Shown here piece by piece: positions 27,755 through 36,906 of a DNA stretch of 64,000 nucleotides. Numbering within the stretch: position 1 is the stretch's first letter; each line of letters opens with the position of its first letter. This DNA is from an uncultured Syntrophus sp. (lineage in GTDB: Bacteria; Desulfobacterota; Syntrophia; Syntrophales; UBA8958). The notes below the pieces were generated by a model, which saw nothing but the letters and a program-made list of their open reading frames with translations, had not been told where the DNA came from and did no database searches. The position numbers were made by a program, and so were the translations under genes. The stretch covers positions 15,261 through 79,260 of the forward strand of contig CAZNDG010000003.1 of the NCBI GenBank assembly GCA_964571695.1, read 5' to 3'.

Positions 27755-28249
27755 TCAATGGCCGTGAGCCGCTTCCGATGCTTCGAACGTCTTGTGCAGG
27801 GTACCGGCCGGGTGCTCCGGAGGCGCGTATATGGCGTAAACCTTCAGTGGTTTCTTTCCCTCGTTGATGATGTTGTGCCAGTACCCGGCGGGGATGAAGA
27901 TCGCCCAGTCATTGTCGACCCACTTGTCGAAGGTCATTTTGTCCTTTTCCTTGCCCATCACCACCCGCGCCTTGCCGCTTTCCACCCGGATGAACTGATC
28001 GTTCCGGTCGTGTTTTTCCAATCCGATCTCCCCGCCGGGTTTGATGGACATTACCGTAAGCTGCAGATTGTTTCCCGTCCATTTCGTTGTTCGGAAATTC
28101 CCGTTCTTCAATGTCAGCTTCTCGATGTTTACGATCCATGGTTGTGGGCCGTAATCCTTACTCTTTTCCTTGTCTTCCCCCTCGCCTGCCCAGGCAAAAA
28201 CCGCGGTGAGCAGGAGCGACAAAACGATTAATGCGCCTTTTTTCCACAT
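27755..28249 (-). CDS. Secreted cupin-domain protein
   Basis: The signal peptide is MWKKGALIVLSLLLTAVFAWA. Cupin motifs are present: GGEIGLEKHDRNDQFIRVESGKARV and IFIPAGYWHNIIN. Confidence 0.8.
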   Translation of the reverse strand: MWKKGALIVLSLLLTAVFAWAGEGEDKEKSKDYGPQPWIVNIEKLTLKNGNFRTTKWTGNNLQLTVMSIKPGGEIGLEKHDRNDQFIRVESGKARVVMGKEKDKMTFDKWVDNDWAIFIPAGYWHNIINEGKKPLKVYAIYAPPEHPAGTLHKTFEASEAAHGH

Positions 28250-28306
28250 GACTTTTCCTCCTTGAGATCAATGGTTGTGGGCGCCGTCGTCAAGACGGCT
28301 TGCCGT

Positions 28307-30181
28307 TTATTCCCGGAACGTCATCTTGAGTTCCCAGAGGCCGGCGACGTTTTTCTTTTCCAGGTCGAAGCCTCCCTGCTCGAAGGTGTGGAGCATGGGC
28401 TGGTTCTCCGAGAGGACCTCCGCTGTGAAGCCCAACAGACCCTGTCTTTTAGCCAAATAGGTCAGGTAGGCGAGCAGTTCCGTCCCGATGCCCATGCGAT
28501 GATGGGTATCCTTTACGGCAAAAGCCACTTCCGCCGCATGGGCCGTTTCATCGATGTAGTATCGGCCCACGCCGACGATCTCCTCCGTCTTCTCCCGGGG
28601 CATGATGGCCAGGATGGCCATTTCAACCGTATAATCGATGATTACCAGTTTCTGAAGGACCTCGTGGGGCATGTCCTTCCGGGCCGACATGAAGCGGCGG
28701 TAGAGGCTCTGATCGGAGAGGGAGTAGATGAAGTCTTTGAGGAGGGGTTCGTCGCTGATCTTGATAGGGCGAAAGAGGATATTGATCCCCTTCTTCGTGG
28801 TCCGGTAGGTTTCCAGGTGCTCGGGGTATTCCCCCCGTACACCGGGGATGAAGGCCTGGTCCCGATAGATGAGCCCCAGCTTCTTGGCCTCTTCGATGAG
28901 CCAGGGACGGAACTTGGGGTGGGCGATGCCGATGAGTTCCATGGCCCGTTCCCGGATGCTCTTGCCGTGGAGGTAGGCGATTCCGTACTCCGTAACGACG
29001 TAGTGGACGTCCCCCCGGGTCAGGGTGACCCCGGAACCTTCCCGGAGCATGGGGACGATGCGGGATACGACATCGCAGGCGGCGGTGGACTGGAGGGTGA
29101 GGATTGACTTGCCCCCCCTGGCCAGGACGGCACCCCGCATGAAATCCGCCTGGCCGCCCACGCCGCTATGAAAGATCCGGCCGATGGATTCCGCCGTGGC
29201 CTGACCGGTCAAGTCGATCTCCAGGGCACTGTTGATGGCCGTCATCCGGTCGTGCTGGGCGATGATCAGGGGGTTGTTAGTGTAGTCGATGGTCCGGAAC
29301 TCGATGGCCGGGTTGTCATGGAGATAACGGTAGGTGTCCTGATTGCCGAGGCAGAAGGTCGTTACCGTTTTTCCGGGGTTGAGGGTCTTTTTGGAGTTGT
29401 CGATTACCCCCGTTTTCATAAGTTCGATGATCCCGTCGCCGATCAGTTCCGTGTGAACCCCGAGATGCCGCTTGTCCCTGAGATTGGCCAGGACGGTGTT
29501 GGGGATGCTGCCGTAGCCCACCTGAATGGTGTCCCCGTCCTCAACGAGACGGGCGACGTACTTCCCGATCCCCATGACGATCTCCGAGTCGGCCCCTTTG
29601 GTGTATTCCAGGAGCAGTTCGTCATAGGGGACGAGATAATCGATGTCCCGGATATGGATGAAGGAATCACCATGGACCCGGGGCATGAAACTGTTGACCT
29701 GGGCGACGACGATCTTGGCCTGCTCGGCGGCGGCCTTGACGATGTCAACGCTGATGCCCAGGCTCAGATAGCCGTGTTCGTCCGGGAGTGAGGTCTGGAT
29801 GAGGGCGATGTCCACCCGGGCCAGTCCCCGGCGGAACAACTCCGGCGTTTCCGAGAGAAAGACGGGGGTGTAATCGGCGACGCCCTTATTGACCGCGTCC
29901 CGGGTGCTGTCGCCGATGAAGAAGGAGTTGTGGCGGAAGTTCTGCTTGAATTTCTCCGTGGCATACGGGGCCACGCCGAGGGAACGGATATGGAGTACTT
30001 CAGCGTCGAAAAAGGCCTTGGGGTATGACTTTACATAACGGATCAGGCCCTGGACCAGATGCTGGGGTTCGGCGCAGGCCGAGCCGATGAAGATCGTGTC
30101 TCCCCGGTGAATGTGACTGAAGATCTCCGCTTCCGAGGCGAATTTTTCCGGATAAAGGGCCTTCCATTTCTCCAGTGACAT
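28307..30181 (-). CDS. Acetyl-CoA hydrolase/transferase-family domain fused to a C-terminal GNAT acetyltransferase domain
   Basis: I chose the internal ATG (MSLEKWKALYPEKF..) because the 57 codons upstream are P/R-rich. The 4-hydroxybutyrate CoA-transferase/Ach1-like body reads GSACAEPQHLV.., ..GVGGQADF. The C-terminal GNAT block reads AFAVKDTHHRMGIGTELL. Confidence 0.8.
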   Translation of the reverse strand: MSLEKWKALYPEKFASEAEIFSHIHRGDTIFIGSACAEPQHLVQGLIRYVKSYPKAFFDAEVLHIRSLGVAPYATEKFKQNFRHNSFFIGDSTRDAVNKGVADYTPVFLSETPELFRRGLARVDIALIQTSLPDEHGYLSLGISVDIVKAAAEQAKIVVAQVNSFMPRVHGDSFIHIRDIDYLVPYDELLLEYTKGADSEIVMGIGKYVARLVEDGDTIQVGYGSIPNTVLANLRDKRHLGVHTELIGDGIIELMKTGVIDNSKKTLNPGKTVTTFCLGNQDTYRYLHDNPAIEFRTIDYTNNPLIIAQHDRMTAINSALEIDLTGQATAESIGRIFHSGVGGQADFMRGAVLARGGKSILTLQSTAACDVVSRIVPMLREGSGVTLTRGDVHYVVTEYGIAYLHGKSIRERAMELIGIAHPKFRPWLIEEAKKLGLIYRDQAFIPGVRGEYPEHLETYRTTKKGINILFRPIKISDEPLLKDFIYSLSDQSLYRRFMSARKDMPHEVLQKLVIIDYTVEMAILAIMPREKTEEIVGVGRYYIDETAHAAEVAFAVKDTHHRMGIGTELLAYLTYLAKRQGLLGFTAEVLSENQPMLHTFEQGGFDLEKKNVAGLWELKMTFRE

Positions 30182-30497
30182 AATCTTGCTCCTCGCTCGA
30201 AAGAAATTATGTTGTTCCGGGGCCGGCGCCGGGAAAGTTAAGATCGGGGTATGCCACCGGGAAACCATTTTCACATAAATCGATGGGATGTCAAGGTGAA
30301 ACCATGAACGGGGCGGGGTGGAACCACGGCGCCCTGCCTCCGGATGGGTCATGATAACTTCCGCCTCTTCGGGACAAACGAAGGATTGACAGGGGGAGGG
30401 GATTTATTTATAGGAGGTCCGGGCCATGAAGGCCCAGCCGGCTCTCCGTCCCGCGGCGGGCAAGGCCGGAAACAATTGACTCGTATGGCGGTATATA

Positions 30498-32588
30498 ATG
30501 AAATCATTCTTTTATCCCAAAAGCATGGTGGTGGTCGGGGTCTCGGCCACAAAGATGAACCTGGGGCAGATCATCCTCCTCAACAACAAGCAGTGCGGGT
30601 ATCAGGGCAAACTTTACGGCGTGGGTTCCCAGGCGGGAGAGGTGGCCGGGATACCCGTTTACACCCGGATCGACGAACTGCCCGAAATCCCCGAGGTGGC
30701 GATCATGCTCACTCCGGCCAGGACCATTCCCGCCCTCCTGAAAGATTGCGGCCGGAAAGGCATCCGGCGGGTGGTTATCGAATCCAGCGGTTTCAGCGAA
30801 TACGCCCACGGCGACCATTCCCTGGAGCAGGAGGTCCTGGATGCCGCTGACAGACACGGAATCAAATTCATCGGTCCCAACTGCGTGGGAACGGTGAATT
30901 TCGACATCAAGATGATGATGCCCTTCGCCTTCTTCAAGGATCCTCCCTCCGGAGGCCGGGTGGCCATGATCGCCCAGAGCGGCGGGGTCGGGGGCACCTA
31001 TCTCCACGCCCTGCCCGAGAACGCCGTAGTTCCCGGGAAATTTGTCGCCGTCGGCAACAAACTCCAACTGGATGAAGTTGATTTCCTTGAATATTTTCTC
31101 AAGGACGAGGAAACGGACGTTGTTACATTGTACCTCGAGGGCTTCAGCAGGGGCCGGATGTTTCATAATCTGGCCATGGGTTCCCACAAGCCCATCATTG
31201 TCCAGAAATCGAACCGGAGCGAGACGAGCGCAAGGATCGCCCAGTCTCATACGACGGCCCTTTCCGCCGGAGATGACGTCGTGAACGGGATGTTCCGCCA
31301 GGACGCCGTCATCAGGGCCGAGGACGAGGGGGAATTCCTCTCGGCCATCAAGATCATCCGCCTGCCCCTGATGAAGGGCCGGCGCGTCGCCGTCCTGTCC
31401 CGGTCTGGCGGTCATGCCGTGCTTTCCGCCGACGCCTGCGCCAAATTCGGCTTCCACATGGCGCCCTTCCCGCCGGCCTTCCTGGCCAAGCTCAAGACCC
31501 TGTACCACACCCGGGTCATCGCCCACCAGAATCCCCTGGATCTGGGCGAGATCTTCGATTACACGATCTTTACCGGCATCCTCGAGGAAACCCTGAAGTT
31601 GGACGACATCGACGGGGTTCTTTTCAATCACCTCTACGCCTCCACCTATGAAGCGCAGATGTCCCGGACCTTTCTCGCCGGGGTGGCGAAGCTTGTCGAG
31701 CTTTACGGGAAGCCCGTGGCCGTGGCCATGCTCTCCGATCCCGCGGAGCTTCTCGACGTCGCCCGAAGCCAGCCCTATCCCATTTTTACTTCTCCTCTGC
31801 AGGCCGCCGCGGCGCTCGATATGTCGGCGACCTATCATGAACGGAAGACCCGGCGGGACAACCGGGGCGCACCGCCGCCGGTGTCTCTGAATAAGACTCT
31901 CATTGCCGACATCCGGGGGCGCTGCCGCCGGGAACGGCGGATCCCCTGGACGGACGAGGCACTGGAGATCTGCCGGGCGGCGGGACTTTCACCGGCGCCG
32001 TCCTGGAGAGTCCGCCGTCCCGAGGAAGCGGAGGGACTGGCCGTCCGTTTTCCCGTGGCGGTGAAGCTCCTATCCCGGGAGGCCTCCCACAAGACCGACG
32101 TTGGAGGGGTGCGGCTCTCCGTCCGGACGCGGCGGTCCCTCCGTAGGGTCCTGGGCGAGATGGCGGAGCGATTCGCCCCCATCGCCGATGGATTCCTGAT
32201 CCAGGAAATGGCGGCGCCGGGGGTAGAATGCTTTGTCGGTGGGCGCCGGGATCCGGTGTTCGGTCCCGTGGTCATGGCGGGTCTGGGGGGAGTCTTCATC
32301 GAGGTCTTCAAGGACAGGGCCATCCGCCTGGCGCCGGTGACCGGGGCCGAGGCGGCGGACATGGTCGCCGAGTTGAAGGCCTATCCTCTCCTACAAGGTT
32401 TCCGGGGGCGGGAGGCCGCCGATATCGAGGCCCTGGAGGAGGTGATCTGCCGGGTTTCCGCCCTCCTGGCCGCCACCCCGGAGATCGCCGAGTTGGACCT
32501 CAACCCCGTGATCGTCCATCCGGCCGGGAAGGGGGTCTCCCTGGTGGATGCCCGGATCTTCTTTACCCGGCGGCACTTGGAAGACTGA
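30498..32588 (+). CDS. ADP-forming acetyl-CoA synthetase / acetate--CoA ligase family protein (CoA-binding + CoA-ligase + ATP-grasp)
   Basis: The N-terminus FFYPKSMVVVGVS..N.G..I is a CoA-binding block. IGPNCVG and AMIAQSGG follow. The C-terminal ATP-grasp region reads FPVAVKLLS..HKTDVGGVRL. Confidence 0.85.
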   Translation: MKSFFYPKSMVVVGVSATKMNLGQIILLNNKQCGYQGKLYGVGSQAGEVAGIPVYTRIDELPEIPEVAIMLTPARTIPALLKDCGRKGIRRVVIESSGFSEYAHGDHSLEQEVLDAADRHGIKFIGPNCVGTVNFDIKMMMPFAFFKDPPSGGRVAMIAQSGGVGGTYLHALPENAVVPGKFVAVGNKLQLDEVDFLEYFLKDEETDVVTLYLEGFSRGRMFHNLAMGSHKPIIVQKSNRSETSARIAQSHTTALSAGDDVVNGMFRQDAVIRAEDEGEFLSAIKIIRLPLMKGRRVAVLSRSGGHAVLSADACAKFGFHMAPFPPAFLAKLKTLYHTRVIAHQNPLDLGEIFDYTIFTGILEETLKLDDIDGVLFNHLYASTYEAQMSRTFLAGVAKLVELYGKPVAVAMLSDPAELLDVARSQPYPIFTSPLQAAAALDMSATYHERKTRRDNRGAPPPVSLNKTLIADIRGRCRRERRIPWTDEALEICRAAGLSPAPSWRVRRPEEAEGLAVRFPVAVKLLSREASHKTDVGGVRLSVRTRRSLRRVLGEMAERFAPIADGFLIQEMAAPGVECFVGGRRDPVFGPVVMAGLGGVFIEVFKDRAIRLAPVTGAEAADMVAELKAYPLLQGFRGREAADIEALEEVICRVSALLAATPEIAELDLNPVIVHPAGKGVSLVDARIFFTRRHLED

Positions 32589-32707
32589 TCCCCGGCGGGC
32601 GGGGAAACGATTTCCTCCCGTCCTGCGCCGGGTCGTGGCGTCATGTCGATGAGATGGGAAGGGCTTTCCAAAAACGGGAGGCGTCGAGGCAGTTTAGAAC
32701 GAGAAGC

Positions 32708-34675
32708 ATGCAAATCCCAACCGCTCCTGGAGCCCGCCTGGTGCTCATCCATCCGCCCGTATCCAAGCCCTGCGAGCCGCCGGCGGGGATCGCGAGGCTG
32801 GCGGGGTATCTGGAGGCGCGGGGCGTGTCCTGTACCCTCATCGACGCCAACGGCGAAGGTTTCCGCTTCCTCTTCGGTCCGGTGCTCCGGGTTGAGGGAT
32901 CAGGGCGCCCCGGCCGCCACGGCCTGGCGCCGGACACCGAAGTAAGCCCGGGGCGGGTAAAACCGCCGGGAGAGTCCATGTCTGGGCGTAATCTTGCCAA
33001 CCTCGACACCTGGACCCGACGGGCGATGCGAAACCTGGATCGGCACCTTCGGGATTTGCGGTCCCCGCCCCTTTACTCCCATCCAGACCGTTACCGCCGG
33101 GCCGTCGCCGATCTCAGCCGCATTCTGGCTCGTCTGACCGGCCGACGGGAGGTTGTCCTGGGCCTTGCCGACTACCAGGACGGCGAGCTCTCTCCCGTTC
33201 GGTCTCGGGATCTCCTGACCGCCGCCGGCCGTCCGGAAAGAAATCCCTTTTTCCCCTATTTTATTAACGAATTGGCGCCGAGATTGGCGGCGGGTGCCCC
33301 GCCCCTAACAATCGGCGTCTCTCTGAATTATCTAAGCCAGGCCCTCTGCGCCTTTGCCATGATCGGGTTTTTGCGCGCCCGCCATCCCCAGGCCCGGATC
33401 GTTCTTGGCGGGGGGCTGGTGACCTCCTGGCTCCGCCGGCGGCCCCAAGCGCGGTATGCCTTCGACGGTCTGGTGGATAATTTGGTGGCCGGTCCGGGAG
33501 AGGAGTTTCTCCTGAACCTGGCGAATAATTGTGGGAGCGGGATAAGAGAGGGCGGTCATCCCGGCGGCGGGGAGATTTTGGATGCGGCGGTTTCCCGGGC
33601 AGACAGCCGCATCCCGGCGGTACGGTCGATACAAAAGGCAACGCAGGATATGACGGTGGGACCTGATACGACTACGGCGGTTGATCCGACGGCGTTGCAC
33701 GGCGCTCCGGTGTCGCAAGACGCGCCAGCGTCACGGTCATGTTGGTCCGACTGCGGCCCGGCGTTAGGGTGGACCGGACTGCCCGATGAGGGTACAGCGG
33801 GGACCGGGGTGGAAACACGGTCCGCCGGCGCCTCTTCCTGCCCCGATTACCGTGCCTTCCCCGGTGATCTCTACCTCGCTCCCGGTCCGGTCCTCCCCTA
33901 CAGCGCCGCGGCGGGGTGTTGGTGGCGCCGCTGCCGGTTCTGTCCGGAGACGGCGGAACGCAATCCCTACCGTTCCCTTTCGGCGGAAAAGGTCTTTGCG
34001 GACCTGAATCGCCTCAAGAAAGAGATGAATCCCGTCCTCATCCATTTCCTCGACAACGCCATGAGCCCCGCCCTGTTGGCGGCGCTGGCCCGGCATCCCG
34101 TCGGCGTCCCCTGGTACGGGTTCGCACGGATCACGGAACAACTTGCGGCTCCGGAATTTTGCCGCCGCCTCCGGGACGGCGGCTGCGTCATGCTGAAGCT
34201 GGGGCTGGAGTCGGGAGATCAACGGGTGCTCGATGCCCTTGACAAGGGGATCGACCTGAAGATGGCTTCCCGGGTGCTGTGGAACCTGAAGGCGGCGGGG
34301 ATCGCCGCCTATGTCTATCTCCTCTTCGGAACCCCGGCTGAGGATCGGGAGGCGGCTCGGCGCACCGTGGAGTACGTGGCGGCCCACAGCGCGGCGATCG
34401 GATTTCTCAATATCGCCCTCTTCAATATGCCGGCCTTCGCCGCCGCGGCCTCGGGCCTGGCAACACGGCCCTTCTCCGACGGCGATCTGTCCCTCTACGT
34501 GGATTTCAACCACGCCCGGGGATGGTCCCGCGGGGATCTCCGCCGGTTCCTCGCCGGCGAGGTAAAGGGGCATCCCGCCATCGCCGCGATCCTCAGGCGG
34601 ACGCCGCCTGTCTTCACTTCCAATCACGCCCCGTTCACGGCAATGGGAGACGGATTGCTCACCCTGTCTTCCTGA
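32708..34675 (+). CDS. B12-binding-domain / radical SAM protein with an atypical Cys cluster
   Basis: I chose the in-frame ATG at 32708 (MQIPTAPGARLVLIHPPVSKPCEPPAGIARLAGYL..), which gives a B12-binding N-domain. The radical SAM core reads SAAAGCWWRRCRFCPE...LKLGLESGDQRVLDALDKG. A roughly 120-aa low-complexity insert separates the two domains. Confidence 0.7.
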   Translation: MQIPTAPGARLVLIHPPVSKPCEPPAGIARLAGYLEARGVSCTLIDANGEGFRFLFGPVLRVEGSGRPGRHGLAPDTEVSPGRVKPPGESMSGRNLANLDTWTRRAMRNLDRHLRDLRSPPLYSHPDRYRRAVADLSRILARLTGRREVVLGLADYQDGELSPVRSRDLLTAAGRPERNPFFPYFINELAPRLAAGAPPLTIGVSLNYLSQALCAFAMIGFLRARHPQARIVLGGGLVTSWLRRRPQARYAFDGLVDNLVAGPGEEFLLNLANNCGSGIREGGHPGGGEILDAAVSRADSRIPAVRSIQKATQDMTVGPDTTTAVDPTALHGAPVSQDAPASRSCWSDCGPALGWTGLPDEGTAGTGVETRSAGASSCPDYRAFPGDLYLAPGPVLPYSAAAGCWWRRCRFCPETAERNPYRSLSAEKVFADLNRLKKEMNPVLIHFLDNAMSPALLAALARHPVGVPWYGFARITEQLAAPEFCRRLRDGGCVMLKLGLESGDQRVLDALDKGIDLKMASRVLWNLKAAGIAAYVYLLFGTPAEDREAARRTVEYVAAHSAAIGFLNIALFNMPAFAAAASGLATRPFSDGDLSLYVDFNHARGWSRGDLRRFLAGEVKGHPAIAAILRRTPPVFTSNHAPFTAMGDGLLTLSS

Positions 34676-36227
34676 AGGCGACCTCCCAGGCCCGCTCCCG
34701 ATCGAAAGCGACAATCCGGTTCCCCTCGAGCTTCAGTACCCCGGCCTGGATAAGTTCCTGGGCGGTCTCTTCGATCTCGTTGGTGTCCTTTCCCGTGATG
34801 GCCGCCAGGTCCTCCAGGAAGTTACGATTCTGGGGAAGAGGATCGTTTTTGAGAAAATGCATGATCATGACCAGACACAGCCAGGAATGGGTGGCCCCCT
34901 CCAGAATCTCGTTGGCGTGCTTTATCCGCCGGGAAAATTCCTTGAGCATGAGCAGCGCCGCATGGTCGCTTTCCCTCAGGAGTTTGTGGAAGGTTTCGCC
35001 GTCGATCACCGCCACTTCCGCCGTTTCGCAGACCTTAGCCGAGGCGGTGCGCGGGGACTCGATAAGGGCCGCGATTTCCCCGAAATATGCCCCCGGTCCC
35101 ATGTCCGACAGGACCTTCTTTACCGCTCCCACCGTCTTTTCGAGCTGAATTCGCCCCGTTATGACGTAATAGAGATCCTGGCTGGGATCTCCTTCCCGGA
35201 AGATGTAGCTGTCCTGGGGATAGAGACGGCCGAATTTATGAAAGAGCCGGTCGTCGATGTTCAGCCATTTATTGACATTGCGCTCCGCCTTCTTGCCCGG
35301 CGGGAAGAAGGCCTTCTGCAGCAGCAGCAGATCCCGTCTCATGAAGGAAGCCATCAGTTCGGCGCAGAACAGAAGGATCAGGGCGACGTAAAATATCCAG
35401 ATCACCAGGATGACCACCGCCTCCAGGGAGCCGAAGATGATGTTGTAGCGGGTGTAGTTGGCTACATACCAGGTGAAGAAGTGCTTCGCCAGTTCCATGA
35501 GGGCGGAAAAAATCGCTCCGCCCGCAACAGCGACACCGAGGGGAATTTTTACCGTGGGGATGGCCTTATAGACGATGGTGAAAAACAGGACCGTAACCAG
35601 GTATGGAATTCCGTATTGGAAGAAAAAACCTTGCAGCATCGGGAAATGGGGCAAGATCTTTTCGGCCAGCAGCGGCTGTCTGGTGATCAGGGCGGCCAGG
35701 GAGGTGATGAAGATGCTCGCGATAGCTACGGCCCACCCCATGGGGATCATGGCGATGGCCAGCATTTTCGACCAGAGGTAGTTGCGGTGGCGGTGGGAGC
35801 GGAATATCTGGTGAAAGGCCGTTTCGATGGCCCCGAAGATCATGGAGGAGAACCAGATCAGGGTAATGATGCCGATCCAGCCCAGGACTCCCTTCTTCTC
35901 CTCGATGCCTCCCAATTGCTTAAGGAGGGGGTCGGAGAAATAGGGGCTCAGATTCTTGACCCCTTCCACCAACTGCTGTTGGATGCGGGGATAGGCGCCG
36001 AGGATCTCGTTGGCCATGAGAATAGTAAGGATGAACAGGGGGATGAAGGACAGGATCGCGTACAGGGAGATGGCCGCGGCCTGGTTGGTGTCTCCGTTTT
36101 TATCGAAATTTAATATGGCGTCGATGGTTACATCCCAAACTCCCATCAGGCGGATCTTGAGGAGGGCGATCGGCTTCCGGAATGAAGGGGGTTTGGGAAA
36201 AAACCTGTGTGAATTGCCTGCGGGCAT
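34659..36227 (-). CDS. YihY/BrkB-family membrane protein fused to a C-terminal cyclic-nucleotide-binding domain
   Basis: The YihY-type multi-pass body reads AAAISLYAILSFIPLFILT.., WIGIITLIWFSSMIFGAIE... The C-terminal cNMP-binding beta-barrel reads YIFREGDPSQDLYYVITGRIQL..GPGAYFGEIALIESPRTASA. No HTH domain is present. Confidence 0.75.
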   Translation of the reverse strand: MPAGNSHRFFPKPPSFRKPIALLKIRLMGVWDVTIDAILNFDKNGDTNQAAAISLYAILSFIPLFILTILMANEILGAYPRIQQQLVEGVKNLSPYFSDPLLKQLGGIEEKKGVLGWIGIITLIWFSSMIFGAIETAFHQIFRSHRHRNYLWSKMLAIAMIPMGWAVAIASIFITSLAALITRQPLLAEKILPHFPMLQGFFFQYGIPYLVTVLFFTIVYKAIPTVKIPLGVAVAGGAIFSALMELAKHFFTWYVANYTRYNIIFGSLEAVVILVIWIFYVALILLFCAELMASFMRRDLLLLQKAFFPPGKKAERNVNKWLNIDDRLFHKFGRLYPQDSYIFREGDPSQDLYYVITGRIQLEKTVGAVKKVLSDMGPGAYFGEIAALIESPRTASAKVCETAEVAVIDGETFHKLLRESDHAALLMLKEFSRRIKHANEILEGATHSWLCLVMIMHFLKNDPLPQNRNFLEDLAAITGKDTNEIEETAQELIQAGVLKLEGNRIVAFDRERAWEVAFRKTG

Positions 36228-36360
36228 CTTTTCCTCTTTTCATAGCTTGATGACCGGCACCATCAATAGGCATAAAACCACTTTTAAGGCAAGCGGGGAA
36301 GCACCGTCATGGGGGTTCTGACCAGAGGCCAAAGGATAAGTGTGATTATTTACGGTAATA

Positions 36361-36523
36361 GCTTTGCATAACTGCGGAAAAATGGTTCGCAAGCGGCGAA
36401 TCAAATGCTTTTCGCCGTTGCGTGATTGAACTTAACGCTTGGTAATGAATAAGGTTTATACGTTACCCATTCAGAGGCGAAAAAGATTTCTGAGCCGCGG
36501 CGAAGCCATTTTTCAAAGGTCTC
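36361..36523 (+). mobile_element. MITE-like 163-bp repeat, copy A
   Basis: It is near-identical to 45529..45690 and 50398..50560. It starts gctttgcataactgcggaaaaatggttcgc and ends gcgaagccatttttcaaaggtctc, which are imperfect terminal inverted repeats. The flanks acggtaata and acggtatct form a decayed target-site duplication. Confidence 0.75.
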
Positions 36524-36906
36524 ACGGTATCTTGACCGTTGCAGATTGTTGCGCTGAGAGATAAAACCCCGGCGGTACCCGCCCGGCGGGCATGCCCGGC
36601 CGCGGCCCTGAGGATCGTTCCGTCGGCGGCAGGGAAGGAAGGAGGGGGGACCGGGGGCGTAAGGCCCGGTCCCCTTGAAGACAACACCTGCATGATGCCG
36701 TGCCGTCTTTGTAGGCATGAAACTTTTAGAGAGAGGGACCGGAGTTTCAGACTCCGGTCCCTGCTTGGGAGGAGGTTGGCGACACACTCCACCTCTTCAG
36801 TGGACGTTCACCCACCTGGGTGATCTGTGTTTGCGGGGATGTTAAGTTATTTTGAGAATTGCGCAATATTAAAAGAATTGAACTATAAATTACAGAAAAT
36901 GTAATT

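Noticed and set aside
32228-32707. The N-terminal 160 codons of ORF 32228..34675
   Set aside because: This stretch overlaps the 3' end of the acetyl-CoA synthetase gene out of frame and is low complexity. The B12-binding domain starts at the ATG at 32708.
36540-36830. A test of whether this structured region is SRP RNA, tmRNA, RNase P RNA, 6S RNA or a cobalamin or c-di-GMP riboswitch
   Set aside because: None of the invariant motifs I know for these RNAs is present on either strand. Examples are GGAAGCAGC of SRP, the tRNA-like CCA end of tmRNA, GAGGAAAGUCC of RNase P and the B12 box. I kept the region only as a low-interest unexplained structure.
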